From Mycobacteriales bacterium (GTDB taxonomy: Bacteria; Actinomycetota; Actinomycetes; Mycobacteriales; QHCD01), in contig JBEDUI010000071.1 of assembly GCA_040414495.1 (NCBI GenBank), positions 425 to 64,424 on the forward strand: a stretch of DNA of 64,000 nt, in the 5' to 3' direction. Below, one piece after another: positions 53,446-62,854 of the stretch. The translations under genes were made by a program, and so were the position numbers. The notes below the pieces were generated by a model. It was not told the origin of the DNA and made no database searches. It was given only the letters and a program-made list of their open reading frames with translations. The stretch's first letter is position 1, and every line of letters starts with the position of its first letter.

Positions 53446-54332
53446 CCGAGACCGCATTCCGCGGGTCCGGATCGATAACCCAGCATCGCGCGCGGCGCCG
53501 CAAACGGCGGCCGCTGGCCCGCCCGGCGCTCTACCTGGTGTTGATATTGGGCGCGATTCCGACGATTCTGCCGTTCATCTGGCTGCTGCGTAGCGCGTTC
53601 ATGGGCTCCGGACAGATCTTCATCTCGCCTCCACAGTGGATTCCGCATCCCTGGGAATGGAGCAACTTCAGCGGCGCGTTGACCGCCGTCACGTTCGGGC
53701 AGTACTTCATCAACACGCTGATCATCGAGGTATTCGTGGTGATCGGCACCGTGCTGTCCTGCGCCGTGTCGGCGTTCAGCTTCGCCCGCCTGCGCTGGCG
53801 CGGACGCAACGTGGTGTTCGCGGTCATCCTGACCAGCCTGATGCTGCCCTACGCCGTGACGTTGATTCCGACCTTCATGGCCTGGCAGAAGCTCGGCGCG
53901 GTCAATACGTTCGCTCCGCTGATCGTTCCGGCGTTCGTGACCGCGGGCGGAGTGTTCAACATATTCCTCATGCGACAGTTCTTCCTCACCATTCCGTACG
54001 AATTGGATGAGGCCGCCTATATTGACGGTGCCTCGCCGCTGCAGGTCTTCTGGACAATCACGATTCCCTTGTCCCGGCCGGTGTTGGTCGTGGTCACGCT
54101 GTTTACCTTCGTCGGCGTATGGAACGACTTCCTCAATCCGCTGATCTACCTCAACGACAGCAGCAAGTTCACGCTCGCGCTGGGGCTGGCCTCATTCCAG
54201 AGCATTTACAACGCGCAGTGGGGATATTTGATGGCCGCATCCACAGTGGTGATCGCGCCCATCATCGCGCTGTTCTTCTTTGCCCAGCGCTATTTCATCG
54301 AAGGCATCACGCTGACCGGAATCAAGGGCTAG
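53442..54332 (+). CDS. Carbohydrate ABC permease
   Basis: IP.ELDEAA.IDGAS EAA loop, WNDF..PLIYL, QRYFIEG..LTGIKG. Confidence 0.92.
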   Translation: MTETAFRGSGSITQHRARRRKRRPLARPALYLVLILGAIPTILPFIWLLRSAFMGSGQIFISPPQWIPHPWEWSNFSGALTAVTFGQYFINTLIIEVFVVIGTVLSCAVSAFSFARLRWRGRNVVFAVILTSLMLPYAVTLIPTFMAWQKLGAVNTFAPLIVPAFVTAGGVFNIFLMRQFFLTIPYELDEAAYIDGASPLQVFWTITIPLSRPVLVVVTLFTFVGVWNDFLNPLIYLNDSSKFTLALGLASFQSIYNAQWGYLMAASTVVIAPIIALFFFAQRYFIEGITLTGIKG

Positions 54333-54458
54333 CGTCGGCGATCCGTTCCAGCAGCGGCGGGCCGAGGCGGAGTAACTCCTGCTCGGTATCCGACAGCGTG
54401 TGCTCCATCGCCGCCGCCAGCCAGCGGTCCCGGGTCCGCATCTCCGGGACGTCCAAGG
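54322..54458 (-). pseudogene. C-terminal remnant of a MarR-family regulator
   Basis: ALDVPEMRTRDRWLAAAMEHTLSDTEQELLRLGPPLLERIADASP*, resembling the last two MarR helices; in-frame stop just upstream, no wHTH. Confidence 0.55.
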
Positions 54459-54464
54459 CTTACA

Positions 54465-54953
54465 TCAGCGGATGAGCTGATCGAGATAGTCGGCGCCCAG
54501 GCCGTTCTTCTCGTAATGCGCCCGGCACATGTCGATCTTGCTGAATACGTCTTCCCAGCCGGTGAGTTCGTTGTTCTCATCGAGATAGATCATCGCGCCG
54601 CTGATGTTGAAGAACGTGATCATCTCGTCGCAGTCGGCCGGCACCTCGAGCGTGTGGATCTCGCCCGGCGGTTCGTACACGAAGCTGCCTTCCTCGGCCA
54701 TCCATTCGTGCTCGAAATAGTGCCACTTGCCCTTGATCACATAGCCGAAAACGGCGCCAGGATGGCGATGCCGCGACACGATGCCGGATTTGGTGACCTT
54801 GAGCAGATTGCACCACTGGCCGATCACCGTGTTGAACATCAGCGGCCGGAACCAGACGTTCGGCGCCTGCGGCACCCAGACCCGGTCGTCCTCCGGCAGT
54901 GCCGGAAACGCCAACTCCTGCGGAATAGCCGCGCCGACCAAGGACTCTGCCAT
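54465..54953 (-). CDS. 2,4'-dihydroxyacetophenone dioxygenase (DAD)-family cupin
   Basis: D.R.WVP, HRH.G.V.GY..KG.W.Y.EH.W.A..GS.VYEPPGE.HTL three-His cupin, HYE..GLG. Confidence 0.85.
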   Translation of the reverse strand: MAESLVGAAIPQELAFPALPEDDRVWVPQAPNVWFRPLMFNTVIGQWCNLLKVTKSGIVSRHRHPGAVFGYVIKGKWHYFEHEWMAEEGSFVYEPPGEIHTLEVPADCDEMITFFNISGAMIYLDENNELTGWEDVFSKIDMCRAHYEKNGLGADYLDQLIR

Positions 54954-54971
54954 CCTCGTTCTCCCTTCTGC

Positions 54972-55823
54972 TTATGCCGCCAGATATCCGCCGTCGACCG
55001 GCAGTACGGCTCCGGTGATGAATCGGGCCCCGGGTGAGGCGAGAAATACCGCCGCCGCCGCGACATCCTCCGGCGTGCCCCAGCGACCCATCGGAGTACG
55101 GGCCAACAGCCGGGCATCGGTGGCCGCGTCCGCGCGCAGATCCCGGGTCAATTCGGTGGCGATCCAGCCCGGGGCCAAGGCGTTGACCCGGATTCCGTCC
55201 GCCGCCAGGCCAACCGCCAGCGACTTCGTCAATGCCAGGACGCCGCCCTTGCTGGCCGTATAGCCGGGGACCAACGGACCGCCAAGAAAGCTGAGCATCG
55301 AAGCCAGGTTGATGATGCAGCCGTTGCTGGTGGAAAGTTGCGGCCGGGCCCGCACACAGGCGCGCATCGTGCCGGTCAGGTTGACTTCCAGCACCCGGGC
55401 GAACACCGCCGGCTCGTACTCCTGCTGACGGCTGATCGTGCCGGCACAGTTCACCAGAACGTCCAATGTGGACATTCCATCGATGACCGATTCCAGTTGG
55501 TCCGGTGCCAGCAGATCAACCTCGGTGGCGGCAACCTGATCCGGAAGTTTCGCCGCCGCCGCATTCAGCCCGGCCACGTGGGTATTCGCACCCAGGTGGT
55601 GGAACGAACGGGCGATCGCCGCGCCGATCCCGCTGGTGCCGCCGACCACGAGGACGCTGTGCCCGGCGAACAGATCCGGCCGGAAGCTGAACTCCGCAGC
55701 CATATCTTCTGCCGCCTCGGCGGCACCGCGTACCTCGGCGATACCTTCCGCCGCCTCGGCGGCACCGCGTACCTCGGCGATACCTTCCGCCGCCTCGGCG
55801 GCACCGCGTACCTCGGCGGTCAT
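54972..55823 (-). CDS. Classical SDR oxidoreductase; N-terminal 40 aa are repeat-encoded (core start 55703)
   Basis: GGTSGIG, VNCAG, S-M-L, YTASKGG, VNA.APG.I.T, P.GRWG..EDVA, VDGG. Confidence 0.9.
   Translation of the reverse strand: MTAEVRGAAEAAEGIAEVRGAAEAAEGIAEVRGAAEAAEDMAAEFSFRPDLFAGHSVLVVGGTSGIGAAIARSFHHLGANTHVAGLNAAAAKLPDQVAATEVDLLAPDQLESVIDGMSTLDVLVNCAGTISRQQEYEPAVFARVLEVNLTGTMRACVRARPQLSTSNGCIINLASMLSFLGGPLVPGYTASKGGVLALTKSLAVGLAADGIRVNALAPGWIATELTRDLRADAATDARLLARTPMGRWGTPEDVAAAAVFLASPGARFITGAVLPVDGGYLAA
55702..55818. repeat. 3 x 39-bp in-frame tandem repeat (VNTR/MIRU-like)
   Basis: ATA(C/T)CTTC(C/T)GCCGCCTCGGCGGCACCGCGTACCTCGGCG x3; encodes AEVRGAAEAAEGI on minus strand. Confidence 0.95.
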
Positions 55824-57811
55824 CCCTTCACTGCCCCCACAGTCAGCCCTTCCACGAGAAAACGCTGCGCATACCCGTAGGCCAGCACGACCGGCACGCT
55901 GATCAGGATCGATGCCGCCGACAACTGTCCCCAGGGAACTACATCACCCACGATCATCGACTGCAAGCCCAGTGGCAGCGTCTTCAGGTCGTTGTCGGTG
56001 ATGAACACGAACGCCAGCAGGAACTCGTTCCAGGCATTGGTGAGGGTGAACAACGCGACCGCAAGCAAAGCGGGTTTTACCATCGGCAGGATGATCACCC
56101 GGAACGCACGGATTCTGGTCGCGCCGTCGGTCATCGCCGCCTCTTCCAGTTCCATCGGCAGGCCGCGGAAGTAGCCCATCAGGAACCAGCACGCGAACGG
56201 CAAGGTGAACGTCGGGTACGTGATGATCAACGCCCACAGCGTGTTGATCGTGTGCAACCGACTGAGAATTGCGTACAACGGAATGAACAGTAGCGAACCG
56301 GGCATCATGTAGGTGAGCAGCACCGACCACGTGATCGTCCGCCCGCCCCGGAAACGCAATCGGGTCAGGGCATACGCGGCCAGCCCCGCCAGCGCCACCG
56401 AGACCACTGTGGACACCAGCGAGATCAGCAGCGTATTGCGGAACCACAGCCCGAACGGGTTATTGTCCAGCAGTCCGGTGAATTGACTGAACGTCCACGG
56501 TTTGGGCCACAGCAGACTCATCCGAGCGGTGATCTGCAGGTCGGACTTGAAGGCCGTGATGATCACCCAGTACAACGGCGCCAGTATGAAGAACAGCAGC
56601 AACGCCATGCCGATCCACAATGGAACGCGGCCCCATCGGCTGCCCCGCAGGCCTTTTCCGCGCCAACGCGTCAACCCATCCGAAGCCCGGGCCAACAACA
56701 TCGCCGCCAGGATCAACACGGCCAGCACGATCGCGCTTTTGATCAGCAGGTCCCGGTCGAACCAGAACAGCAATACGGCAACGGCGGCGAGAAAAGACCA
56801 GAGCAATACCCGGCCGTACTTGTCGAAGAACCGGTCCGCGGCCCGGATCGGCCCCTGCCCGCCGGGCATCATGTACCGGGCCAGCACAAAGATCAGCACC
56901 GCCGAAATCGGCAACAACATCACCGCGGCGGCCGAGCCGAGACCGTTCTGCAACTGCTGAATCGCCTCCTGGTAGGCGTACAACGTGTACAGCGCGGTCG
57001 AACTGCCCGGACCACCCTGCGTCAACAGCCAGACGACATCGAAGTTGTTGAACGTCCACATTGTCGAGAGCAGCACGCTCACCAACATGACGTACCGCAG
57101 GCTGGGCATCGTCACGTTCCGGAACCGCTGCCAGGCATCGGCGCCATCGACGGCGGCCGCCTCGTATTGCTGGGAATCAATTGCCTTCAACGCGGCCAGG
57201 AAGTTGATGGCGAAGAACGGAATTCCCTTCCACACGTTGACCACGATGACCGCCGGCATCGCCAGCTTGGGCTCCCCCAACCAGGTCGCCGGCCATTGGT
57301 CGATCAGGTGCAGATCTTTCAAGAGCGGACCGATATGTGTGGTGGACAGGACACTGTTGAGGCCGCCGAACAGCGGGTCGAAAATGGACCGCCAACTGAC
57401 CGCGGTCACCACGGTCGGAATAACCCACGGCAGCAGTACCAATGCCGTAGCAAGACCGCGGCCGCGACGTAGATTGTGCAGCAACAGGGCGGCGATCAGC
57501 CCGAGCGTGACCTTGAAGATCTCGGAGAACGCGGTGAATACGACGGTGTTCTTGACCGCGGTGCGGAAGAACGAGTCGTGCCACAACGAGGAATAGTTAC
57601 TGAATCCGACCCAGACGTTGGCGCTGCCGTGCCGGGCGGTGAAGCTCAGCCGGATCGCATCCACAAAAGGGATTCCGATCAGGCCGACGACGAGCAACAC
57701 CATCGGCGCGACGAAAAGATACCCTTCCCGCCAGTCCTTGCCGAAGAAGCTGCGCCGGCGGGTTCCTCGCCCGCGCAGCACCGCCGGGCTCGGCGCCTTC
57801 AGCAGCGTCAC
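55820..57811 (-). CDS. Fused two-domain carbohydrate ABC permease (MalF+MalG)
   Basis: Two EAA loops (YEAAAVDGA..WQRF and LEEAAMTDGATR) in one 663-aa ORF; ends GAVKG. Confidence 0.88.
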   Translation of the reverse strand: MTLLKAPSPAVLRGRGTRRRSFFGKDWREGYLFVAPMVLLVVGLIGIPFVDAIRLSFTARHGSANVWVGFSNYSSLWHDSFFRTAVKNTVVFTAFSEIFKVTLGLIAALLLHNLRRGRGLATALVLLPWVIPTVVTAVSWRSIFDPLFGGLNSVLSTTHIGPLLKDLHLIDQWPATWLGEPKLAMPAVIVVNVWKGIPFFAINFLAALKAIDSQQYEAAAVDGADAWQRFRNVTMPSLRYVMLVSVLLSTMWTFNNFDVVWLLTQGGPGSSTALYTLYAYQEAIQQLQNGLGSAAAVMLLPISAVLIFVLARYMMPGGQGPIRAADRFFDKYGRVLLWSFLAAVAVLLFWFDRDLLIKSAIVLAVLILAAMLLARASDGLTRWRGKGLRGSRWGRVPLWIGMALLLFFILAPLYWVIITAFKSDLQITARMSLLWPKPWTFSQFTGLLDNNPFGLWFRNTLLISLVSTVVSVALAGLAAYALTRLRFRGGRTITWSVLLTYMMPGSLLFIPLYAILSRLHTINTLWALIITYPTFTLPFACWFLMGYFRGLPMELEEAAMTDGATRIRAFRVIILPMVKPALLAVALFTLTNAWNEFLLAFVFITDNDLKTLPLGLQSMIVGDVVPWGQLSAASILISVPVVLAYGYAQRFLVEGLTVGAVKG

Positions 57812-59256
57812 TGCTTGAGGCCCTGCTGCTCGAAGGCCTGCACAATGCGTTTGTTGGCGTTGCTCACGGCCTGCTTGACACTGGTTCCCTTCTGCAGAAT
57901 CTCACCCATCATGTCGGTGAGCACATAGGACTGGTTGACCGCATTCACGCCGGCGCTCGGGCCCTGCGGGAAATGCAGGCCGGTCTTGAGTGTGACCGGC
58001 ACCTTTGCGTTCAACATGTCGTACGAGGTCTTGAAGATCGGGTCGCCGTGCAGGTAGTACGACTGCGATTTCCACACCTTTTCGTACGCCGGCAGCACGA
58101 TGCCCGCGCCGGAGTCCTTGGCCAGATCCAGAAGCGCGTCGCCGCCGGCCAGATATTTGGGAATCAGCTTGGCCAGGTCCGGGTTCTTCGCGCCCTTGAA
58201 GATCACGAACGCGGTCAGGTCACCAAAGGACAGTGGCGCCGGCGTTCCCGGTCCGGTCAGGCCGCGCAGGGTCGCGGTCTTGCCGTAGATCGGGCTTTTC
58301 GTGGATTTCGACTGGGCGTACAAGCTGTCCTGGTTGGCAGTCAGGCCCAGCACACCGGCCAGCCAGGCCTCGTTGTTGCCGGTGTCGGTCCAGCTGAGTA
58401 CTCCGGGTGGGAGCATTTTCTTGTACTTCTTGTTCTGGTAAATGTCGGCCAGCCAGGTGACCGCATCGATCGTCTCGGGCGAATTGAAGATGACCTTGCG
58501 TCCATCATCGGCGCAGATCGAACCGCCCCAGGCATTGATGACGGCCCCGATCGCGCCGTTGCCGTCACCACCGCGGTTGACCGTGATGCCCCAGCCATAG
58601 CGGTTCTTGGACGGATCAGAGATCTCTAACGCGATATCGCGGGCATTCTCGTAGCTGACGATGTCGCTGACCTTGATTCCCTTTTCCGTCAACCAGTCCT
58701 TGCGCACGAACCAGCCGCTGCCGATCGTGTAGAACGGCACGCCCCACCATTTCCCGTCTATCTTCAGGTAGTTGGCGGCAATGCCGGCGGCTGGACCGTA
58801 TTGCTGCTCCATTTCCGCGACCACATCGGAGACATCCTCCAGGTCGCCGAGTTGCTGCAGCTGCGGCACGAACCGGGATGCGGCGACAAAGGCCAGGTCC
58901 TGCACGTCCTTGGCTCGGACCGCTGCATCCTGTTTCGCCACGAAGTTGCCGGCGTCCGGATCGACGGTCGCATTCTTGAGGGTGGTTCCGGTCTGCTTGG
59001 CGAAATTCTGCAACGCCGTCGCGACCGACTTGTCGGCCTCTGGCGTATACATTTTCTGCGACAGCACCCGCACCGACTTCTGCTTCAGCTTCTTCGCTTC
59101 GTCCACAAGGGATGCTGGCACCTTCACCGACTTCGACAGGCTCGATGAATTGCTTGATCCCCCGCCACACGCACTCAGCGCGGCCGCGCCCGCGACCCAG
59201 GCGCCGCTGGCGAGCAGCCGGCGTCGGCTCAGCGTTGATCGATCGTGACCGTCCAT
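57808..59256 (-). CDS. Carbohydrate ABC substrate-binding lipoprotein, Tat signal
   Basis: LSRRRLL, LSAC lipobox, DGKWWGVPF, RKDW, W.D..NNEA. Confidence 0.88.
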   Translation of the reverse strand: MDGHDRSTLSRRRLLASGAWVAGAAALSACGGGSSNSSSLSKSVKVPASLVDEAKKLKQKSVRVLSQKMYTPEADKSVATALQNFAKQTGTTLKNATVDPDAGNFVAKQDAAVRAKDVQDLAFVAASRFVPQLQQLGDLEDVSDVVAEMEQQYGPAAGIAANYLKIDGKWWGVPFYTIGSGWFVRKDWLTEKGIKVSDIVSYENARDIALEISDPSKNRYGWGITVNRGGDGNGAIGAVINAWGGSICADDGRKVIFNSPETIDAVTWLADIYQNKKYKKMLPPGVLSWTDTGNNEAWLAGVLGLTANQDSLYAQSKSTKSPIYGKTATLRGLTGPGTPAPLSFGDLTAFVIFKGAKNPDLAKLIPKYLAGGDALLDLAKDSGAGIVLPAYEKVWKSQSYYLHGDPIFKTSYDMLNAKVPVTLKTGLHFPQGPSAGVNAVNQSYVLTDMMGEILQKGTSVKQAVSNANKRIVQAFEQQGLKQ

Positions 59257-59422
59257 GAATTGACACCTCTTGCCTAGAAATGGCCCCGCGCACAAATAGC
59301 GACGGCATTGCAGAGTGCGTCAATGGTGCCGCCTGCCACCGCCGACGTCCAGCTGTCCGCCATACGGATATCTAATGTCTTTTATTTGCCGGCGAAAAGG
59401 GTCACTCTCGATGCCAGGCCGG

Positions 59423-59496
59423 AGTTGATCATGAAGTTAGCGACAAATTTATCGGCGTGTCGTCGGCGTGTCGCGCAGGGAACTTCATGATCAACT
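59423..59496. repeat. 74-bp palindromic intergenic element, copy 2 (inverted relative to copy 1)
   Basis: AGTTGATCATGAAGTT / AACTTCATGATCAACT arms, 42-bp spacer, 64/74 identical to the reverse complement of 3138-3211. Confidence 0.9.
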
Positions 59497-59543
59497 GCGG
59501 AGAGGGCGGGCGAAAAAAGCACGCAACCCGTTCGCCGCGCATA

Positions 59544-59585
59544 CAAAAACGCGGTGACCATGGGGTCATGGTCACCGCGTTTTTG
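59544..59585. terminator. Bidirectional intrinsic terminator
   Basis: CAAAAACGCGGTGACCATG-GGGT-CATGGTCACCGCGTTTTTG, perfect 19-bp arms, 9 bp after the enolase-family stop. Confidence 0.88.
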
Positions 59586-59594
59586 CCAGCGTAG

Positions 59595-60863
59595 TTAGCT
59601 CCAGAGTCGGTCGTGCCCGTACTCGGAATCCCACTCGTTGCTGGGTTCGAAGAAGTTAGCGTCCTTTGGATCAAGGAAGTGCCGGAATACCTCTTCGTTG
59701 ATGTCTTCGAAGCCCAGGCCGGGCGTCTCGGGCACCGCGATGTGTCCATCCTGGATCAACGGCTGTGGCAGCCCGGTGACCAATTCGCTCCACCGTTCCA
59801 CGTCGGCCGCGTGGTGCTCCAGGGCCAGGAAATTCTGCGTCGCCGCCGCGATATGCACGCTCGCCAGCGTCGCGATCGGCGTCGCGGCCATGTGCAGCGC
59901 CATCGCGACACCGTATTGCTCAGCCAGGTCACCGACCCGCTTGGTCTCCAGGATTCCGCCCGAGGTGGCCGGATCCGGGTGGATGACCCGCACCGCGCCG
60001 GACTCCAACAACGGCCGGAAATTCTCGGCCAGGTAGATATCCTCGCCGGTGCAGGTCGGGGTGGCCAGCGCCGCGGTCAACTCCCGCCACTGCTCAGTGA
60101 GCTGCCACGGGATCATGTCTTCCAACCAGGCCAGGGAAAACGGCTCCAACGCCCGGCCGAGGCGAATGCACGAGCTGACCCCGATGTGTCCAAAGTGGTC
60201 AACCGCGAGTGGGATGTCGTACCCGACGATCGAACGCGCGGTCGCGACGTAATCCACCAGGTGCTGCACGCCCTTCGGCGTGATCTCGATGCCGGTGAAC
60301 GGGTGCATGGTCGTGCGCGTGTCCACCGCACCGGGCGGGGCGATCAGCGCACCGGGAACGCCCTGCAGCAGGTTGATTCCGACATCCATCTTCAGGAATT
60401 GGAAACCACGTTCGCGTCGGCCCAGCAGCTGCTTGCCCATCTCCTCCGGGTCATCGGAGCCCGGAGTGTCGGCGTAGCACAGGATTTTGTCACGAAACTT
60501 GCCGCCGGCCAGCATGTACGCCGGTACACCGTAGGCCTTACCGGCCAGGTCCATCAACGCCATTTCGACGCCACAGACACCGCCGGCCTGTCGCCCATGG
60601 TGGCCGAACTGCTTGATCTTGCGGAACAGCTTGTCGACGTTGCACGGGTTCTCGCCCAGCAGGCGGCTCTTCAACATGAGCGCGAGCTTCGGGCTGGCCC
60701 CGTCGCGGACCTCTCCGTAGCCGGAGATTCCCTGGTTGGTGTCGATACGGATGATGCTGGACCGGAACGGTACGCCAATCAGGTTCGCCACCCGAAGATC
60801 GGTGATCTTAAGGTCGGTCGGGCGGGAAAACTGGCTGACGTTGTCCTCCGGAGTCGCCGGCAC
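59595..60863 (-). CDS. Mandelate racemase/muconate lactonizing (enolase superfamily) enzyme, probable acid-sugar dehydratase
   Basis: IRIDT.QGI.GYGE, EMAL.DLAGKA.GVP.Y.L.GGK.RD, K-x-D, DH, WLED, TGED, PGLG. Confidence 0.88.
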   Translation of the reverse strand: MPATPEDNVSQFSRPTDLKITDLRVANLIGVPFRSSIIRIDTNQGISGYGEVRDGASPKLALMLKSRLLGENPCNVDKLFRKIKQFGHHGRQAGGVCGVEMALMDLAGKAYGVPAYMLAGGKFRDKILCYADTPGSDDPEEMGKQLLGRRERGFQFLKMDVGINLLQGVPGALIAPPGAVDTRTTMHPFTGIEITPKGVQHLVDYVATARSIVGYDIPLAVDHFGHIGVSSCIRLGRALEPFSLAWLEDMIPWQLTEQWRELTAALATPTCTGEDIYLAENFRPLLESGAVRVIHPDPATSGGILETKRVGDLAEQYGVAMALHMAATPIATLASVHIAAATQNFLALEHHAADVERWSELVTGLPQPLIQDGHIAVPETPGLGFEDINEEVFRHFLDPKDANFFEPSNEWDSEYGHDRLWS

Positions 60864-60891
60864 GATTGCTCCTACGTTGAGAAAGGGGAAA

Positions 60892-61719
60892 TTACTGGGC
60901 GTACGAAGTCTTGCGCCATTCCTGGAAATCGGCCTCGATGTGGTCGGCCCACTTCGAGACGTCGATCTCGGCCGAGGTGTAAACGCGTTCGGAGAGGCGC
61001 AGCTTGCCGAAAACGTCGCGTACCCGCACGTCCTCGCTCCGCTGCGCTACCTCGGCCGCCAAATGGGCCGGAATGAAGATCAGACCGCTGGGCGTGCCGA
61101 GCACGACGTCACCGGGCAGTACGGTCGCCTCGCCGATCATGATCGGAATGTTGATGCCGGCCAACGTGACGTTCTTGATCGCGGTCGGGTCCATGTCGCG
61201 GAAAAAGATATTGACCCCGCCGGCCAATTCGACAAGGCCCTGGTAGTCGCGGATTCCGCCGTCGATCACCGCGCCGACACCCGTACGGGAGGCGACCGCG
61301 GTGCCGAGGTTGTCCCCCACCACGGTGCCGTCCTTCACCTTGCCGAAGATGTCGGTGACCATGACATCGCCGTTCTGCAAGGTTTCGATGATCCAGGAAT
61401 TCTGCCGGTCGCCCTCCATGTGCCCCTCGCGGGCGCCCGCGGCGACGATGGCGGCATCGTAATCGGGCCGGTGCGGCAGGAACTGCGCGGTCACCGCCCG
61501 CCCGACCAGGATCGTGCCCGGGTGCGTTTCCCGCCAGCCGCCGGCAAATTGCCGGTCATAGCCGTGCTGACGCAGCACGCCCCACGCCTCTTCGGTGGTG
61601 GCCTGGCGCAACCGGTCGAGCACCTCGTCAGCCACGCGCGGGCGGCCGTCGGGGAAGCGCTCACCGTCCCAACCACTCGTCAGTTCGATCAGGTCCTCTT
61701 GAGTTGGCTGGACTCTCAC
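60892..61719 (-). CDS. RraA/HMG-aldolase family protein
   Basis: DGRPRV.D, LVGRAVT, VGDNLG, VIDGGIRD, VLPGDVV.G...G.IFIP; GGAG RBS. Confidence 0.85.
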   Translation of the reverse strand: MRVQPTQEDLIELTSGWDGERFPDGRPRVADEVLDRLRQATTEEAWGVLRQHGYDRQFAGGWRETHPGTILVGRAVTAQFLPHRPDYDAAIVAAGAREGHMEGDRQNSWIIETLQNGDVMVTDIFGKVKDGTVVGDNLGTAVASRTGVGAVIDGGIRDYQGLVELAGGVNIFFRDMDPTAIKNVTLAGINIPIMIGEATVLPGDVVLGTPSGLIFIPAHLAAEVAQRSEDVRVRDVFGKLRLSERVYTSAEIDVSKWADHIEADFQEWRKTSYAQ

Positions 61720-61835
61720 GCCCACACTCCATTGTCTCGATCGCACATGGTGTCTGTCCCAAACGCTAATCCTTGGCCCGGCCGGTGGACCAGACCTGAT
61801 GAAGACAATCAGTAATTGGAATACCGCTGGGCCGT

Positions 61836-62810
61836 TCAGGACAAAACGAGAGCGTCCAATACCGGCGCCGGTCCAGCCCAGTCCCACCGCGGCGCCGGCA
61901 ATGTCGCCATGATCTCCCGCACTGCCTTCTGCGCCGCCGATTCCGGCTGGTCCGAACGCCACCACACCGCGACCTCCCGATCGCAGTAGGCATCCCGGAT
62001 CAGCAGCGGCCGCACTCCATCCACCTTGGACACCGCGATCGCCATCGAATTGGTCACACCCACGCCGTAACCGCCACGGACCAGCGCCACCAGGGTCTGC
62101 GGCTGGTTGGTCTGCATCGCCACGGACGGGGTCAACCCGGCCTGGCTGAACGCCAGCGACGTCTCGTACTGCGCCTCATCCTGGGTATCCCCGATCGTGA
62201 CCAGTCGCAATCCGGCCAGATCCGCCATCGTGACCGACGATCGGTCCGCCAGCGGATGTTCCTCCGGCACGACCGCGACCAACGGCTCCCGCCACAACGG
62301 CGCGTGCGCAAGCCTTTCGGACCGGGGCGGCGGCATGACCGGTCGGACCGCCAACTCCACGTCGCCCGATTCCAGCGCCGCCTCCAACTCCAGCGTTGAA
62401 CCCTCGCGCAAGGTCAATGTCACTTCCGGGTACTCCTTGTGCAGCCGGTCCAACGTGCGCGGTAGCAAGTGGACAGACGCGCTCGGGTACATCCCGACGC
62501 AGACCTCGCCGCGCGGTTCGCCGTCGCTGCGGGCGGCGGTGGAGCACAACGTACGGAGGCTGGCCAGCATCGCCTCGGCGTGCGGCAGCAGCGCGCGGCC
62601 CTGCGCGGTCAACCGGGCCGGATGCGTGGAGCGGTCGAAAAGCCTTACGCCCAAGGCGTGTTCGAGCTCGGCAACCTGCACACTGACCCGGGGTTGGGAC
62701 CGGTACAGCGCCGCTGCGGCGGCGGAAAAGCCGCGATGCTCGGCAACGGCGACAAAGCTGACGATCCAGTCCAGGCGATACTCGTACTCCCGCAGGGTTT
62801 CCACTGCCAC
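61836..62810 (-). CDS. LysR-family regulator
   Basis: FVAVAE..GFSAAA..L..SQP.VS.Q...LE..LG..LFDR. Confidence 0.93.
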   Translation of the reverse strand: MAVETLREYEYRLDWIVSFVAVAEHRGFSAAAAALYRSQPRVSVQVAELEHALGVRLFDRSTHPARLTAQGRALLPHAEAMLASLRTLCSTAARSDGEPRGEVCVGMYPSASVHLLPRTLDRLHKEYPEVTLTLREGSTLELEAALESGDVELAVRPVMPPPRSERLAHAPLWREPLVAVVPEEHPLADRSSVTMADLAGLRLVTIGDTQDEAQYETSLAFSQAGLTPSVAMQTNQPQTLVALVRGGYGVGVTNSMAIAVSKVDGVRPLLIRDAYCDREVAVWWRSDQPESAAQKAVREIMATLPAPRWDWAGPAPVLDALVLS

Positions 62811-62854
62811 CTCCGCTGAGGCTCCCGCCGTGATAGTTCAAGAAACTGTTTCGC

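Noticed and set aside
55702-55818. CRISPR array interpretation of the 39-bp repeats
   Set aside because: Units are head-to-tail with no unique spacers, and there are no cas genes.
59613-61815. Plus-strand ORFs 59613..61076 and 60736..61815
   Set aside because: Antisense to well-supported enolase-family and RraA genes.
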